NCBI GenBank assembly: GCA_016206635.1
Contig: JACQRF010000059.1
Span: 1 to 45,532, forward strand
DNA from: Candidatus Omnitrophota bacterium
GTDB lineage: Bacteria > Omnitrophota > Gorgyraeia > 1-14-0-20-64-10 > JACQQZ01
Length of the DNA: 45,532 nucleotides
Direction: 5' to 3'
Both the position numbers and the translations under genes were made by a program. Below the pieces are notes generated by a model. It was not told the origin of the DNA. It ran no database searches and saw only the letters and a program-made list of their open reading frames with translations. This document shows, piece after piece, positions 17,070 to 25,055 of this stretch (the first letter of the stretch is position 1; each line of letters opens with the position of its first letter).

Positions 17070-18674
17070 TCACGGTAGAGGGTATTCGCACGAGGCGTGG
17101 CGTCGTTCGTTCAGCGCCGGCAGCAGGTGGCTGAGATCCCGCCAGGGATACAGATCGCTCGGCTGGTACGGCCGGCTCGTGGCCACGTACATGTAGGTGG
17201 CGCTCGACATGACCGCCAGCGTCTTAAGCCGCGTCCATCGGTCGTCAAGCCAGAACTCCCATTTGACGGCGGTCGGCACGGCGCCGACGAAGCACTTGCG
17301 GTATCGGAGCGGCATCTGCCGGCGGCGCGGGAGAATCCCCAATTCCTGCAGCCACCGCCGCGTGGCGTTCGCGGGGAGGAAGCGGCCGACCACCAGCAGG
17401 AACGCGCGAAATGCGAACTGTGTCTCTGGCGAAAACCGGAGGTCGCGATGGACCGCGCATCCCCCTTCGATGATCCGCATCGGTCCTTCCTGGCGGTAGG
17501 ACGACGCCCCCGCGATCTGCGAGGTGAACCGCGCGCCGGCCTGCGTCCGCCCCGTGATGCCGCAGTCCGCGTGGGCCAGGACGCCGCGCCGAAACACCTT
17601 GGCGACGCCCCCTTTGCGGGTGGACACGACCGCATAGTCGTGGCCGTCGCCGGCCACCCAGAGCCCCGCGCGGGGGAAATACCGCTCAATGGCTTGCTCG
17701 CACGGCAGCGTCCCTGCCGACCGATCCACAGTCCAATCACAGGCGGCCTGAAGAAGATTGGCGCTGTAATGGGCGAATCCCCGGTCATCCTGCACGCCCT
17801 TCGGCATCCCGCGCGCCAGGCGTTCGAGGTGGCGCTCGCTCATCCGCGCCGCCTCCGGGACGTGCCGGGCCATGAGCTCCAGGCCGTGCGGGAGCACGTG
17901 GCACGTATTCCGGCTGCCGTATTCCCCGCCGTAACTGCCATCGGGGTGCATGAAGTGGGCGGCGAATCGGATCGCGTTCGTGACCGGTTCCCGCACGCGG
18001 TCCACGCCTTTTTGGCCGAGCTTGGCCAGAAAATCAATGGTGAAGCTCAGATAGCCCGGATCGCACCCTTCATACTCCGGGAACCACCCTTCAGGATCTT
18101 GCAGGGCCAATACCCGATCAAGCAGGCGGTTCGACTGGCGCTCGAACCACGGATCGCGCGTGAGGAGGACCACATTGCGGAGCGCCAGCGCCATCAGGGC
18201 GAGATGGTTTGACAACGTGCCGGATTCTCGAGATCCCGTGCGCGCGAGGTAGCGCCCCCGGCGTTTGAAAAAGTCGAGGGTGATCGCATCAACCGGCAGA
18301 TCGAGCAGCCGGTGCGCCTCCGTGCAGGCGTACAGGGAGAACGCGGCCGCCCCGGCCGCGCGCTCGTATGGAAAATAATCGTCGCACGACCCGTCGGCAT
18401 GCGACGCCTTCGCCGCGAACCGGATCCCGGCTCCCACCAATTCCCGCACCCGGGCTTGCTGGTGGTACGGGTTCTCCGGACGGTCCGTCCGATACGCGAT
18501 CGCCAGCGCCAAGACCGCTTCCTGAAACATCCCACTCGGAAACTCGCTGGTCCGGTAATGCCAATACCCGCGGTCAAAGCACCCGTAGGTCGGGCTGAAC
18601 GGATCCCGGTCGCACGATTCGATCAAGCGGGGGAGATCGGAGAGGCCGGCCCGCCAATACCCGTCCCCTGTCAT
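17070..18674 (-). CDS. Soluble hypothetical protein; possibly an (alpha/alpha)-toroid plus beta-sandwich enzyme (heparinase II/III-like lyase/epimerase fold)
   Basis: No TM segments. Repeats resemble prenyltransferase/toroid repeats (QDPEGWFPEYEGCDPGY, HPDGSYGGEYGSRN, ADGSCDDYFPYE), followed by a beta-rich C-terminus. ATG 18674 forms an ATGA overlap with the upstream stop at 18671. Coding status is solid; the fold and function are guesses. Confidence 0.4.
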   Translation of the reverse strand: MTGDGYWRAGLSDLPRLIESCDRDPFSPTYGCFDRGYWHYRTSEFPSGMFQEAVLALAIAYRTDRPENPYHQQARVRELVGAGIRFAAKASHADGSCDDYFPYERAAGAAAFSLYACTEAHRLLDLPVDAITLDFFKRRGRYLARTGSRESGTLSNHLALMALALRNVVLLTRDPWFERQSNRLLDRVLALQDPEGWFPEYEGCDPGYLSFTIDFLAKLGQKGVDRVREPVTNAIRFAAHFMHPDGSYGGEYGSRNTCHVLPHGLELMARHVPEAARMSERHLERLARGMPKGVQDDRGFAHYSANLLQAACDWTVDRSAGTLPCEQAIERYFPRAGLWVAGDGHDYAVVSTRKGGVAKVFRRGVLAHADCGITGRTQAGARFTSQIAGASSYRQEGPMRIIEGGCAVHRDLRFSPETQFAFRAFLLVVGRFLPANATRRWLQELGILPRRRQMPLRYRKCFVGAVPTAVKWEFWLDDRWTRLKTLAVMSSATYMYVATSRPYQPSDLYPWRDLSHLLPALNERRHASCEYPLP

Positions 18675-19549
18675 CGATGCCGCTGCGCCACGATGAGATC
18701 CGCGATGATCCCCACTGCGGCGATCAGCACGGCCAGCATGATGAGGATGATGTCTGATTCCTGCAGCGACCCCGTGAGCGTCAGGCTGTAGTACGACTTG
18801 ATCCCCCATGCCATGAACAGGACGGCGGCGAGCGGGCCCAGCACCCTGAGAGGGGCGAAATAGATCGTCATCCGGATGATCGTCCCTAGATACGCCGCCG
18901 TATCCCGGATCGGGTGGAACTTCGAGCGCCCGATGCGGGGGCGGTAGACGGCGGGAATGTACTTCACCGGATGGCCGTTCATCAAGAACGCCAGCGTGAG
19001 ACTCGTGACGCAGGAGAACCCATTGGGCAATACCCAAAGATACCGCAGCGCCAGATCCCGCTTGCACGCCTTGAGTCCCGTGTTCAAATCGGGAATCGCG
19101 GCGCGGGTCAGGTAGCAGGCCAATTGCCGCAAGACCCATTTGGCCGGGATGCGCAGCAGCCGGGCGGCGCCCATCTCGCGCGTCCGGGCGCCATTGACCT
19201 GATCGTAATCGGGGAAATAACGCAGCATCTCCGGGAGCACCGACGGGTCATAGGACCCATCGGCGTCAAGCATCACGACAATGGGGCCGCGGCTCGCCAC
19301 GATCCCGAGCTTCCGCGCGGCGCCCGAGCCCCCGCGGCATGGGCGCCGGACCACGCGCGCCCCTTCGGCTTCGGCGGCCAAGGCCGTGCCATCAGTCGAC
19401 CCGTCGTCCACCACCACGATCTCGTATGGATAGGGGGTGCGGTCCATTGCCGCGCGGACGTCCCGCACCACATGGGCGATGGCCAACGCCTCGTTGAACG
19501 CCGGCAGCACGACGCTCACCTGCGGCAGCCCCGCTGCGTCAGGAGACAT
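18671..19549 (-). CDS. GT2 polyprenyl-phosphate glycosyltransferase (DPM1/GtrB-like) with C-terminal TM helices
   Basis: VSVVLPAFNEALAI, YEIVVVDDGSTDGT, VMLDADGSYDP (DxD), DLNTGLKA and hydrophobic C-terminal segments. ATG 19549 overlaps the upstream stop (19539) by 11 nt. Confidence 0.8.
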   Translation of the reverse strand: MSPDAAGLPQVSVVLPAFNEALAIAHVVRDVRAAMDRTPYPYEIVVVDDGSTDGTALAAEAEGARVVRRPCRGGSGAARKLGIVASRGPIVVMLDADGSYDPSVLPEMLRYFPDYDQVNGARTREMGAARLLRIPAKWVLRQLACYLTRAAIPDLNTGLKACKRDLALRYLWVLPNGFSCVTSLTLAFLMNGHPVKYIPAVYRPRIGRSKFHPIRDTAAYLGTIIRMTIYFAPLRVLGPLAAVLFMAWGIKSYYSLTLTGSLQESDIILIMLAVLIAAVGIIADLIVAQRHR

Positions 19550-21431
19550 CGGTCCCTTCCAGATGCCGCTCGCACCACAGCTCAAACATCAGCAAGGCCC
19601 ACAGGAGCCGTCCATGATTGCGCCGCCGGGCCCAATGGTCTTGCAGCAGTTGCTGGACCCGCGCCGGGTCCCACCACCCTCGGCGCGTCAGCCGCGCCGG
19701 CGCGAGCTGTTCCTCGGCCAACGCCCGGAGCGGCCCGCAGAGCCAGGCGGCGACTGGGATCCCAAATCCCTTTTTGGGACGACGGGACAGTGCGGTCGGC
19801 GCCAGCCCGCGCAGCGCCCGGCGGATCAGCCATTTGGTCTGAAACCCCCGAAGCTTCTGCGACGCCGGCAGCCGCGCGGCGAATTCCACGAGCGCGGTAT
19901 CCAACAACGGCACGCGCAGCTCCAATCCGTGCGCCATGCTCATGCGATCCGCCTTGGCCAAGAGATCGTCCACCAGGTAGGTATGCAGGTCTAACCGCAT
20001 GGCGGCATCCGCCGGATCTCCGTGGTCCGCGATCGGCTCCCGGGGCCATGCATCCCCTTCCAGCACCGCCGTGCCATGCGCGGGCCGCCAGAGCCGCTCC
20101 CGCTCGCCGGCCTCCAGCAATCCCATCCATGCGTAGTGGCGGTCCGCCGTCGGCAAGGACGCCCCCTGCACGAAACGGCGCGCCACAAAGTCTGCGCTGA
20201 AATTACGGTGCGACACCGGCAACCGGCCGACCCATCGTGGAATCCAGCGTTCTCGGACAACCCCCGGCAACCGCTGGTAGCGCTCGGCCATCCGGTGGGC
20301 GGGATACGTCGGGTACCCGCCGAACAGCTCGTCCCCCCCGTCGCCGCCCAGCGCCACCGTCACCTGCGTCCGGGCTAAGCGGGCAAGGTGCCAGGTCGGT
20401 ACCAGCGACGGGTCCGCCAACGGCTCATCCATCGCGCCGACCACTGCGGTCAGCGCGCCGAGCGTGGCGGCGGGGGTGAGCCGCTCGACCACGTGCGGGA
20501 CCCCGAACGCGTTGGCCGCCAGCGCCGCCGAGGCCGTCTCATCAAAGCTGGGGTCCTCAAACCCGATCGTGAACGCCGGCAGCGGGCGGGCGGCATGGCG
20601 GGCCGCCAACGCCAGCACCCAGGTGGAATCCAACCCCCCGCTCAGCAGCACGCCGACGGGGACATCGCTGACGAGATGGGAGCGCACCGCATTGGCCGCA
20701 AGGTCGCGTAACTGTGTTTCGACGTCGGGCAGGGATAGGCGAGTTGCGACCGTCGGCTCGGGAAGCTCCCAGTACCGTGTCAACCGATGGCCCTCGGCGT
20801 CGGCCGTCAGGAGGTGCCCCGGCAGGAGTTTGGAGACGCGTTGAATGATGGAGCGCGGCGCCGGGATATAGCCTTGCTGGAGGTACGCGTCCAACGCGAC
20901 GAGATCCACCTCTCGGGTAATCTGGGGATGCCGCCACAACGCCTTGAGCTCTGAGGCGAACAACAAGCGCCGGCCGATCGCGGCATAGTACAGCGGCTTG
21001 ATGCCGATGCGGTCGCGGGCGAGGAGGAGGCGCCGGCGTCGGCCGTCCCAAATCGCGAGTCCGAACATGCCTTGCAAGCGCTCGACGAACCGGTCGCCGT
21101 GCGTCTCGTAGAGATGGACGACGACTTCCGTGTCCGAACGGGTGGCAAACCGGTGGCCTTGGTTCTCCAGTTCCTCCCGGAGGACGCGGTAATTGTAGAT
21201 TTCCCCGTTGAGGACCGCCCAGACCGTCTGGTCTTCGTTGGCCAACGGCTGGTGGCCGCCAGCCACGTCAATCACGCTGAGCCGGCGGACGCCCAGCGCC
21301 GCGGACGGATCGTGGTAGACGCCGGCGTCGTCCGGCCCCCGATGCCGCATCGCCTCCCGCATTTGCTCGACGGCCGGTAGGTCCTCAGGGGGGAGCCCAT
21401 CGAAATCAGCGACGCCGCAGATGCCGCACAT
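19539..21431 (-). CDS. Asparagine synthase (glutamine-hydrolysing) family amidotransferase, copy 1 (AsnB/WbpS-like)
   Basis: MCGICG N-terminal nucleophile Cys2, an Ntn glutaminase domain, and the LLSGGLDS PP-loop of the synthetase domain. Full-length ORF of 630 aa. Confidence 0.9.
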   Translation of the reverse strand: MCGICGVADFDGLPPEDLPAVEQMREAMRHRGPDDAGVYHDPSAALGVRRLSVIDVAGGHQPLANEDQTVWAVLNGEIYNYRVLREELENQGHRFATRSDTEVVVHLYETHGDRFVERLQGMFGLAIWDGRRRRLLLARDRIGIKPLYYAAIGRRLLFASELKALWRHPQITREVDLVALDAYLQQGYIPAPRSIIQRVSKLLPGHLLTADAEGHRLTRYWELPEPTVATRLSLPDVETQLRDLAANAVRSHLVSDVPVGVLLSGGLDSTWVLALAARHAARPLPAFTIGFEDPSFDETASAALAANAFGVPHVVERLTPAATLGALTAVVGAMDEPLADPSLVPTWHLARLARTQVTVALGGDGGDELFGGYPTYPAHRMAERYQRLPGVVRERWIPRWVGRLPVSHRNFSADFVARRFVQGASLPTADRHYAWMGLLEAGERERLWRPAHGTAVLEGDAWPREPIADHGDPADAAMRLDLHTYLVDDLLAKADRMSMAHGLELRVPLLDTALVEFAARLPASQKLRGFQTKWLIRRALRGLAPTALSRRPKKGFGIPVAAWLCGPLRALAEEQLAPARLTRRGWWDPARVQQLLQDHWARRRNHGRLLWALLMFELWCERHLEGTDVS

Positions 21432-21434
21432 GCG

Positions 21435-22394
21435 TCATTCCCTCGCCGGGGCGTCGCGGCGGATCAGGTACAACGGCCGGCGGGAGAGCTCCTGGTAAAT
21501 CCGGATCGTGAATTCCGCCAGCAGGCCCATCAACATGCACTGCACGCCGCAGACGAGGGTGATCGCCATGAGAAAGATCGCGGGGCTGATCCAGCTCCCG
21601 CCCCACAGGGCGACTCGAAGGGCGATCATCCCGGCCAGCCCGAGACCGGCCGCGGTCAGCAGGAGCCCGACGACCCCAAACACATAGCCGGGCCGGGAGC
21701 CGAACGAGACGAGGAATTTCAAGGTCATCAAATCCAACAGGACTTTGATCGTCCTTCCGAGGCCGTACTTCGAGGCGCCGTGGCCGCGGACCCGATCGCG
21801 CACCGGCACTTCCGTCACGCGCGCGCCGACCCAGGCGGCCAAGATCGGCAAGAAGCGGTGTTGTTCGCCCGAGAGATGAATCTGCGTCAGCACCTGCCGC
21901 CGGTACGCCTTCAACGTGCACCCGATGTCGTGCACCGGCACGCCGAAGAGCCGCCGGGTGATGGCATTGGCGGCCTGAGAGGGCAGGCGCCGGCTGAACC
22001 AAGCGCCCGCCCGCTTCACGCGCCAGCCGCTGACGACGTCGCAGCCCTCCTCCAAAGGCCGCAGAAGCTGGGGGATATCCGACGGGTCGTTCTGGCCGTC
22101 GGCATCCATGGTTACGACGATCTCCCCGCGGGCATGGTCGAATCCGGCGGCCAGCGCCGCCGTCTGGCCGAACCGGCGGGTAAACCGGAGCACGACAATC
22201 CGGTGGCGGGACTCGCCAGCCAGGCGGGAGATGACCGCATGGCTGGCGTCGGTGCTGACGTCATCCACGAAGATCACCTCAAACGGCCGCCCCACCCCCT
22301 CCATCGCGGCGATCAGCTCCCGGAAGAGGCGCTCCAAATTCCCCGCCTCATTGTGGACCGGCAGAACTACGGAGATCATCGCGGCGTCAGTCAT
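21435..22394 (-). CDS. Polyprenyl-phosphate glycosyltransferase, ArnC/GtrB/CsbB-like GT2
   Basis: Nearly colinear with ArnC/GtrB as I recall them: ISVVLPVHNEAGNL, FEVIFVDDVSTD, RRFGQTAALAAGF, VTMDADGQNDPSDIP, DIGCTLKAYRR, HRFLPILA, GASKYG, and two C-terminal TM helices ending LLAEFTIRIY. Confidence 0.88.
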   Translation of the reverse strand: MTDAAMISVVLPVHNEAGNLERLFRELIAAMEGVGRPFEVIFVDDVSTDASHAVISRLAGESRHRIVVLRFTRRFGQTAALAAGFDHARGEIVVTMDADGQNDPSDIPQLLRPLEEGCDVVSGWRVKRAGAWFSRRLPSQAANAITRRLFGVPVHDIGCTLKAYRRQVLTQIHLSGEQHRFLPILAAWVGARVTEVPVRDRVRGHGASKYGLGRTIKVLLDLMTLKFLVSFGSRPGYVFGVVGLLLTAAGLGLAGMIALRVALWGGSWISPAIFLMAITLVCGVQCMLMGLLAEFTIRIYQELSRRPLYLIRRDAPARE

Positions 22395-23385
22395 GACCGG
22401 CTCTCATCCGGGTCCGGTAATAGTCAATCGTGCGCCGCAACCCGTCCCGCAACGGGGTCGTGGCTTCCCACCCCGTGACCCGCCTGATCTTCGAGGTGTC
22501 CGGCACGCGCCGCGGAATATCCTCATAGCTGGCGCCGAACGCCCGGCGGTACGGCACCATCCGGATGCGCGGCGTGAATCCCCCGACCTCGGCCATCAGC
22601 GCGGCCAGCCGGCGGATCGAAATCTCCTCTCCGCTGCCGACGTTGAACGTCTGGTTTTCCGCCGCCCGCGTGAACGCTACCCGCACGATCCCGTCCACGA
22701 CGTCCGTCACATACGCGAAACTGCGCGTCTGCCGGCCGTCGCCATGGATCAGGACCGGTTGGCCGTGCAGCATCGCGTGCAGCATCAGTGGCGCCACCCG
22801 CCCCATGCCCAGATCGTCCAATCGGGGGCCATATACGTTGAAGAGCCGCACGGTCACGAACGACAGACCGCGCTGCTGGTGGTAAGCCAGGCAGTAATGC
22901 TCGGCCGCGGCCTTCGCGGTCGCGTAGCACCAGCGGTTGATCGCCGGCGGCCCCAACACCCGGTCGGCATCCTCCCGCCACGGGACGCGAGGGTTCCGGC
23001 CATACACCTCGGAGGTCGAAGCCAGAATCAACTTGGCGTGGGCGCGGGCCGCCAGCCGGATGACCAGTAACGCCCCGGCTAGGTCAATGTCCAGGGTGGC
23101 CAGCGGCTCTTCGACGTAACGTTTCGGATCGGCGATCGCCGCGAAATGGAATGCGATGTCGCATCCCCGTAGGGCTCGGGTCACGAGAGGGGTGTCCAGC
23201 ACCGATCCTCGGAGGAACCGGAACTTCGGATGGGCGAGCAGATGGCGAACCTTGGTCGGCGGGGCCATATCCAATGCCACGACGCGATGCCCATCAGCCA
23301 ACAGCCGCTCGCACAGATGCGAGCCGAGGAACCCGGCGCCGCCGGTCACAACGATCCTGGCGGGGGCTCCTCCTCGAGGCGTCAT
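22387..23385 (-). CDS. UDP-glucuronate decarboxylase-type SDR, closest in pattern to the ArnA C-terminal (dehydrogenase/decarboxylase) domain
   Basis: RIVVTGGAGFLGSHL, HPKFRFLRGSV, CDIAFHFAAIADPKRY, ASTSEVYG, NRWCYATAKAAAE (YxxxK), RLFNVYGPRLD, GDGRQTRSFAYVTDVVDG, SYEDIPRRVPD. Block-by-block resemblance to ArnA residues ~315-660. ATGA overlap at 23382/23385. Confidence 0.8.
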   Translation of the reverse strand: MTPRGGAPARIVVTGGAGFLGSHLCERLLADGHRVVALDMAPPTKVRHLLAHPKFRFLRGSVLDTPLVTRALRGCDIAFHFAAIADPKRYVEEPLATLDIDLAGALLVIRLAARAHAKLILASTSEVYGRNPRVPWREDADRVLGPPAINRWCYATAKAAAEHYCLAYHQQRGLSFVTVRLFNVYGPRLDDLGMGRVAPLMLHAMLHGQPVLIHGDGRQTRSFAYVTDVVDGIVRVAFTRAAENQTFNVGSGEEISIRRLAALMAEVGGFTPRIRMVPYRRAFGASYEDIPRRVPDTSKIRRVTGWEATTPLRDGLRRTIDYYRTRMRAGHD

Positions 23386-25055
23386 GACGCGCCCCTGGCG
23401 GACGGCTTGCGGACCAGGAACGGGCCGATGGCCAGCGCATCGAGCCCGGTCACCCAAAAGGTGCGTAGCGCGTCGCGCGGGGACATGACGAGCGGCTCGC
23501 CGCGATCGTTGAACGAGGTGTTCAGCACGGCGGGGATGCCGGTCCGCTGGGCGAACCGGCTGATCAAGCGATGGTACAGCGGATTGGTCCGGCTGGAGAC
23601 CGATTGCGGCCGCACGGTGCCGTCCACGTGGGTGGCCGCCGCCAGCTCGCCGGCCTTTGACGGCTTCACGCGATAGGCGACCAGCATGAACGGGCACGGG
23701 TCCCGATACTGTGCCAGGTACTCGCCGGCCGCTTCTTCCAACAGCGACGGGGCGAACGGCCGCCACAATTCGCGGTGTTTGACTTCGGCATTGACGCGAT
23801 CCTTCATCTCCGGTAGCCCGGGATGAGCCACAATGCTCCGATTACCCAGCGCCCGGGGACCCCACTCCATGCGTCCTTGGAACCATCCGAGAATTTGTCC
23901 GCGGGCGAGGCAACCGGCGGCCGTATCGGCGATGTCGTCGCACCGCTCGTACGAGACCTTGGATTCCTTCAGCACGGTTTCGATCTCGTCAGATGAATAT
24001 TCGGGGCCCCAGTAGGCGTGATCCATCACGAACGGCCCGGCGGCGCCGGCTTGCGCGGCCACCTCCAGGGCGGCCCCGAGGGCCGTCCCGGCGTCATGCG
24101 AGGCCGGCTGCACGTAGAGCCGCCGCACGGAGGGGAGCGCCTGGATCACCATATTCATGTCGCAGTTCAAGGCGACGCCGCCGGCCAAACAGACATCGGG
24201 CACCCCGGTGTTCCGCACCGTCGCCTCCACCAGGACGGTCCCGGCCCGCTCGACCAACCGTTGGACCGAGGCTGCCCAGTCGCGGTGCCGGTCGGTGAGC
24301 GGTTCACCAGGCCGGCGGGGCGCGCCGAACGTCCGCTGGAACCGGCGCTCAAAGCTCGGCGCCACGCGGTGGGTGTCGTGATTGAATGACACCCACCCCT
24401 GGAAATCATGGATCGGCCGGCCGTACGCCGCCAGCCCCATTGTTTTGCCTTCCTCGCTGTGGTGGACGAAGCCGAGGGCATCCGTGACATGGCTGTAGAC
24501 GACGCCGAGGGAATCGTGGAGCCGAATCTTCCGGAGCCGCCGCAGGCGAGTCCCCCGCCCCACCCCCAGCAAGCCGGAGTCGTCCTCGCCGTTGCCGTCC
24601 AGCGTGACGACGCTGGCTTCGGGGAACCCGGAGGCCCGCCATGCGCTGGCGGCATGGGCCACATGATGCGAGACAAACGCTGTGCGGCGCGGCCCGGCCT
24701 CCGGGTCAAGGCGCCGGAGCCCCCGCTGGAGTTTTTCCCATTGAATGAGATATTCGGCCGTCGCCCCCGCCGACTCGAGGATTTGGATGAAATGGCCGAC
24801 GCGGGCTTCCTCCCCGGCCATCTTTGCGAAATACGGGACGGGCCCATCGAACCCCACCGCCAGGCAGTCCACCTGCCGCAGCCGGATGCCGGCCGCCGAG
24901 AGGCAGTAGGCGATCGCCTTCAACGGCGGGATCCGCGGCGCGTGTTTGACCCGCAGGAATCGTTCCTCCTCGGCCGCGGCGACCAGCCGGCCATCGTTGA
25001 CGAGCGCGGCCGCGCTGTTCCACGACACCGGCGCCGTGATGCCCAACACGTACAT
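23382..25055 (-). CDS. Carbamoyltransferase, NodU/CmcH/TobZ family
   Basis: MYVLGI...SAAALVNDGRLVAAAEEERFLRVKHA, SHHVAHAASAW, GGVALNC, NTSFNDRGEPLV. ATG 25055 shares one nucleotide with the upstream stop (TGATG). Confidence 0.88.
   Translation of the reverse strand: MYVLGITAPVSWNSAAALVNDGRLVAAAEEERFLRVKHAPRIPPLKAIAYCLSAAGIRLRQVDCLAVGFDGPVPYFAKMAGEEARVGHFIQILESAGATAEYLIQWEKLQRGLRRLDPEAGPRRTAFVSHHVAHAASAWRASGFPEASVVTLDGNGEDDSGLLGVGRGTRLRRLRKIRLHDSLGVVYSHVTDALGFVHHSEEGKTMGLAAYGRPIHDFQGWVSFNHDTHRVAPSFERRFQRTFGAPRRPGEPLTDRHRDWAASVQRLVERAGTVLVEATVRNTGVPDVCLAGGVALNCDMNMVIQALPSVRRLYVQPASHDAGTALGAALEVAAQAGAAGPFVMDHAYWGPEYSSDEIETVLKESKVSYERCDDIADTAAGCLARGQILGWFQGRMEWGPRALGNRSIVAHPGLPEMKDRVNAEVKHRELWRPFAPSLLEEAAGEYLAQYRDPCPFMLVAYRVKPSKAGELAAATHVDGTVRPQSVSSRTNPLYHRLISRFAQRTGIPAVLNTSFNDRGEPLVMSPRDALRTFWVTGLDALAIGPFLVRKPSARGAS

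Noticed and set aside
19539-21431. The two AsnB homologs as housekeeping asparagine synthetases.
   Set aside because: There are two copies embedded and translationally packed in a glycan operon. Context favours sugar or carboxylate amidation. This cannot be proven from sequence alone, so it is reported as a hypothesis.
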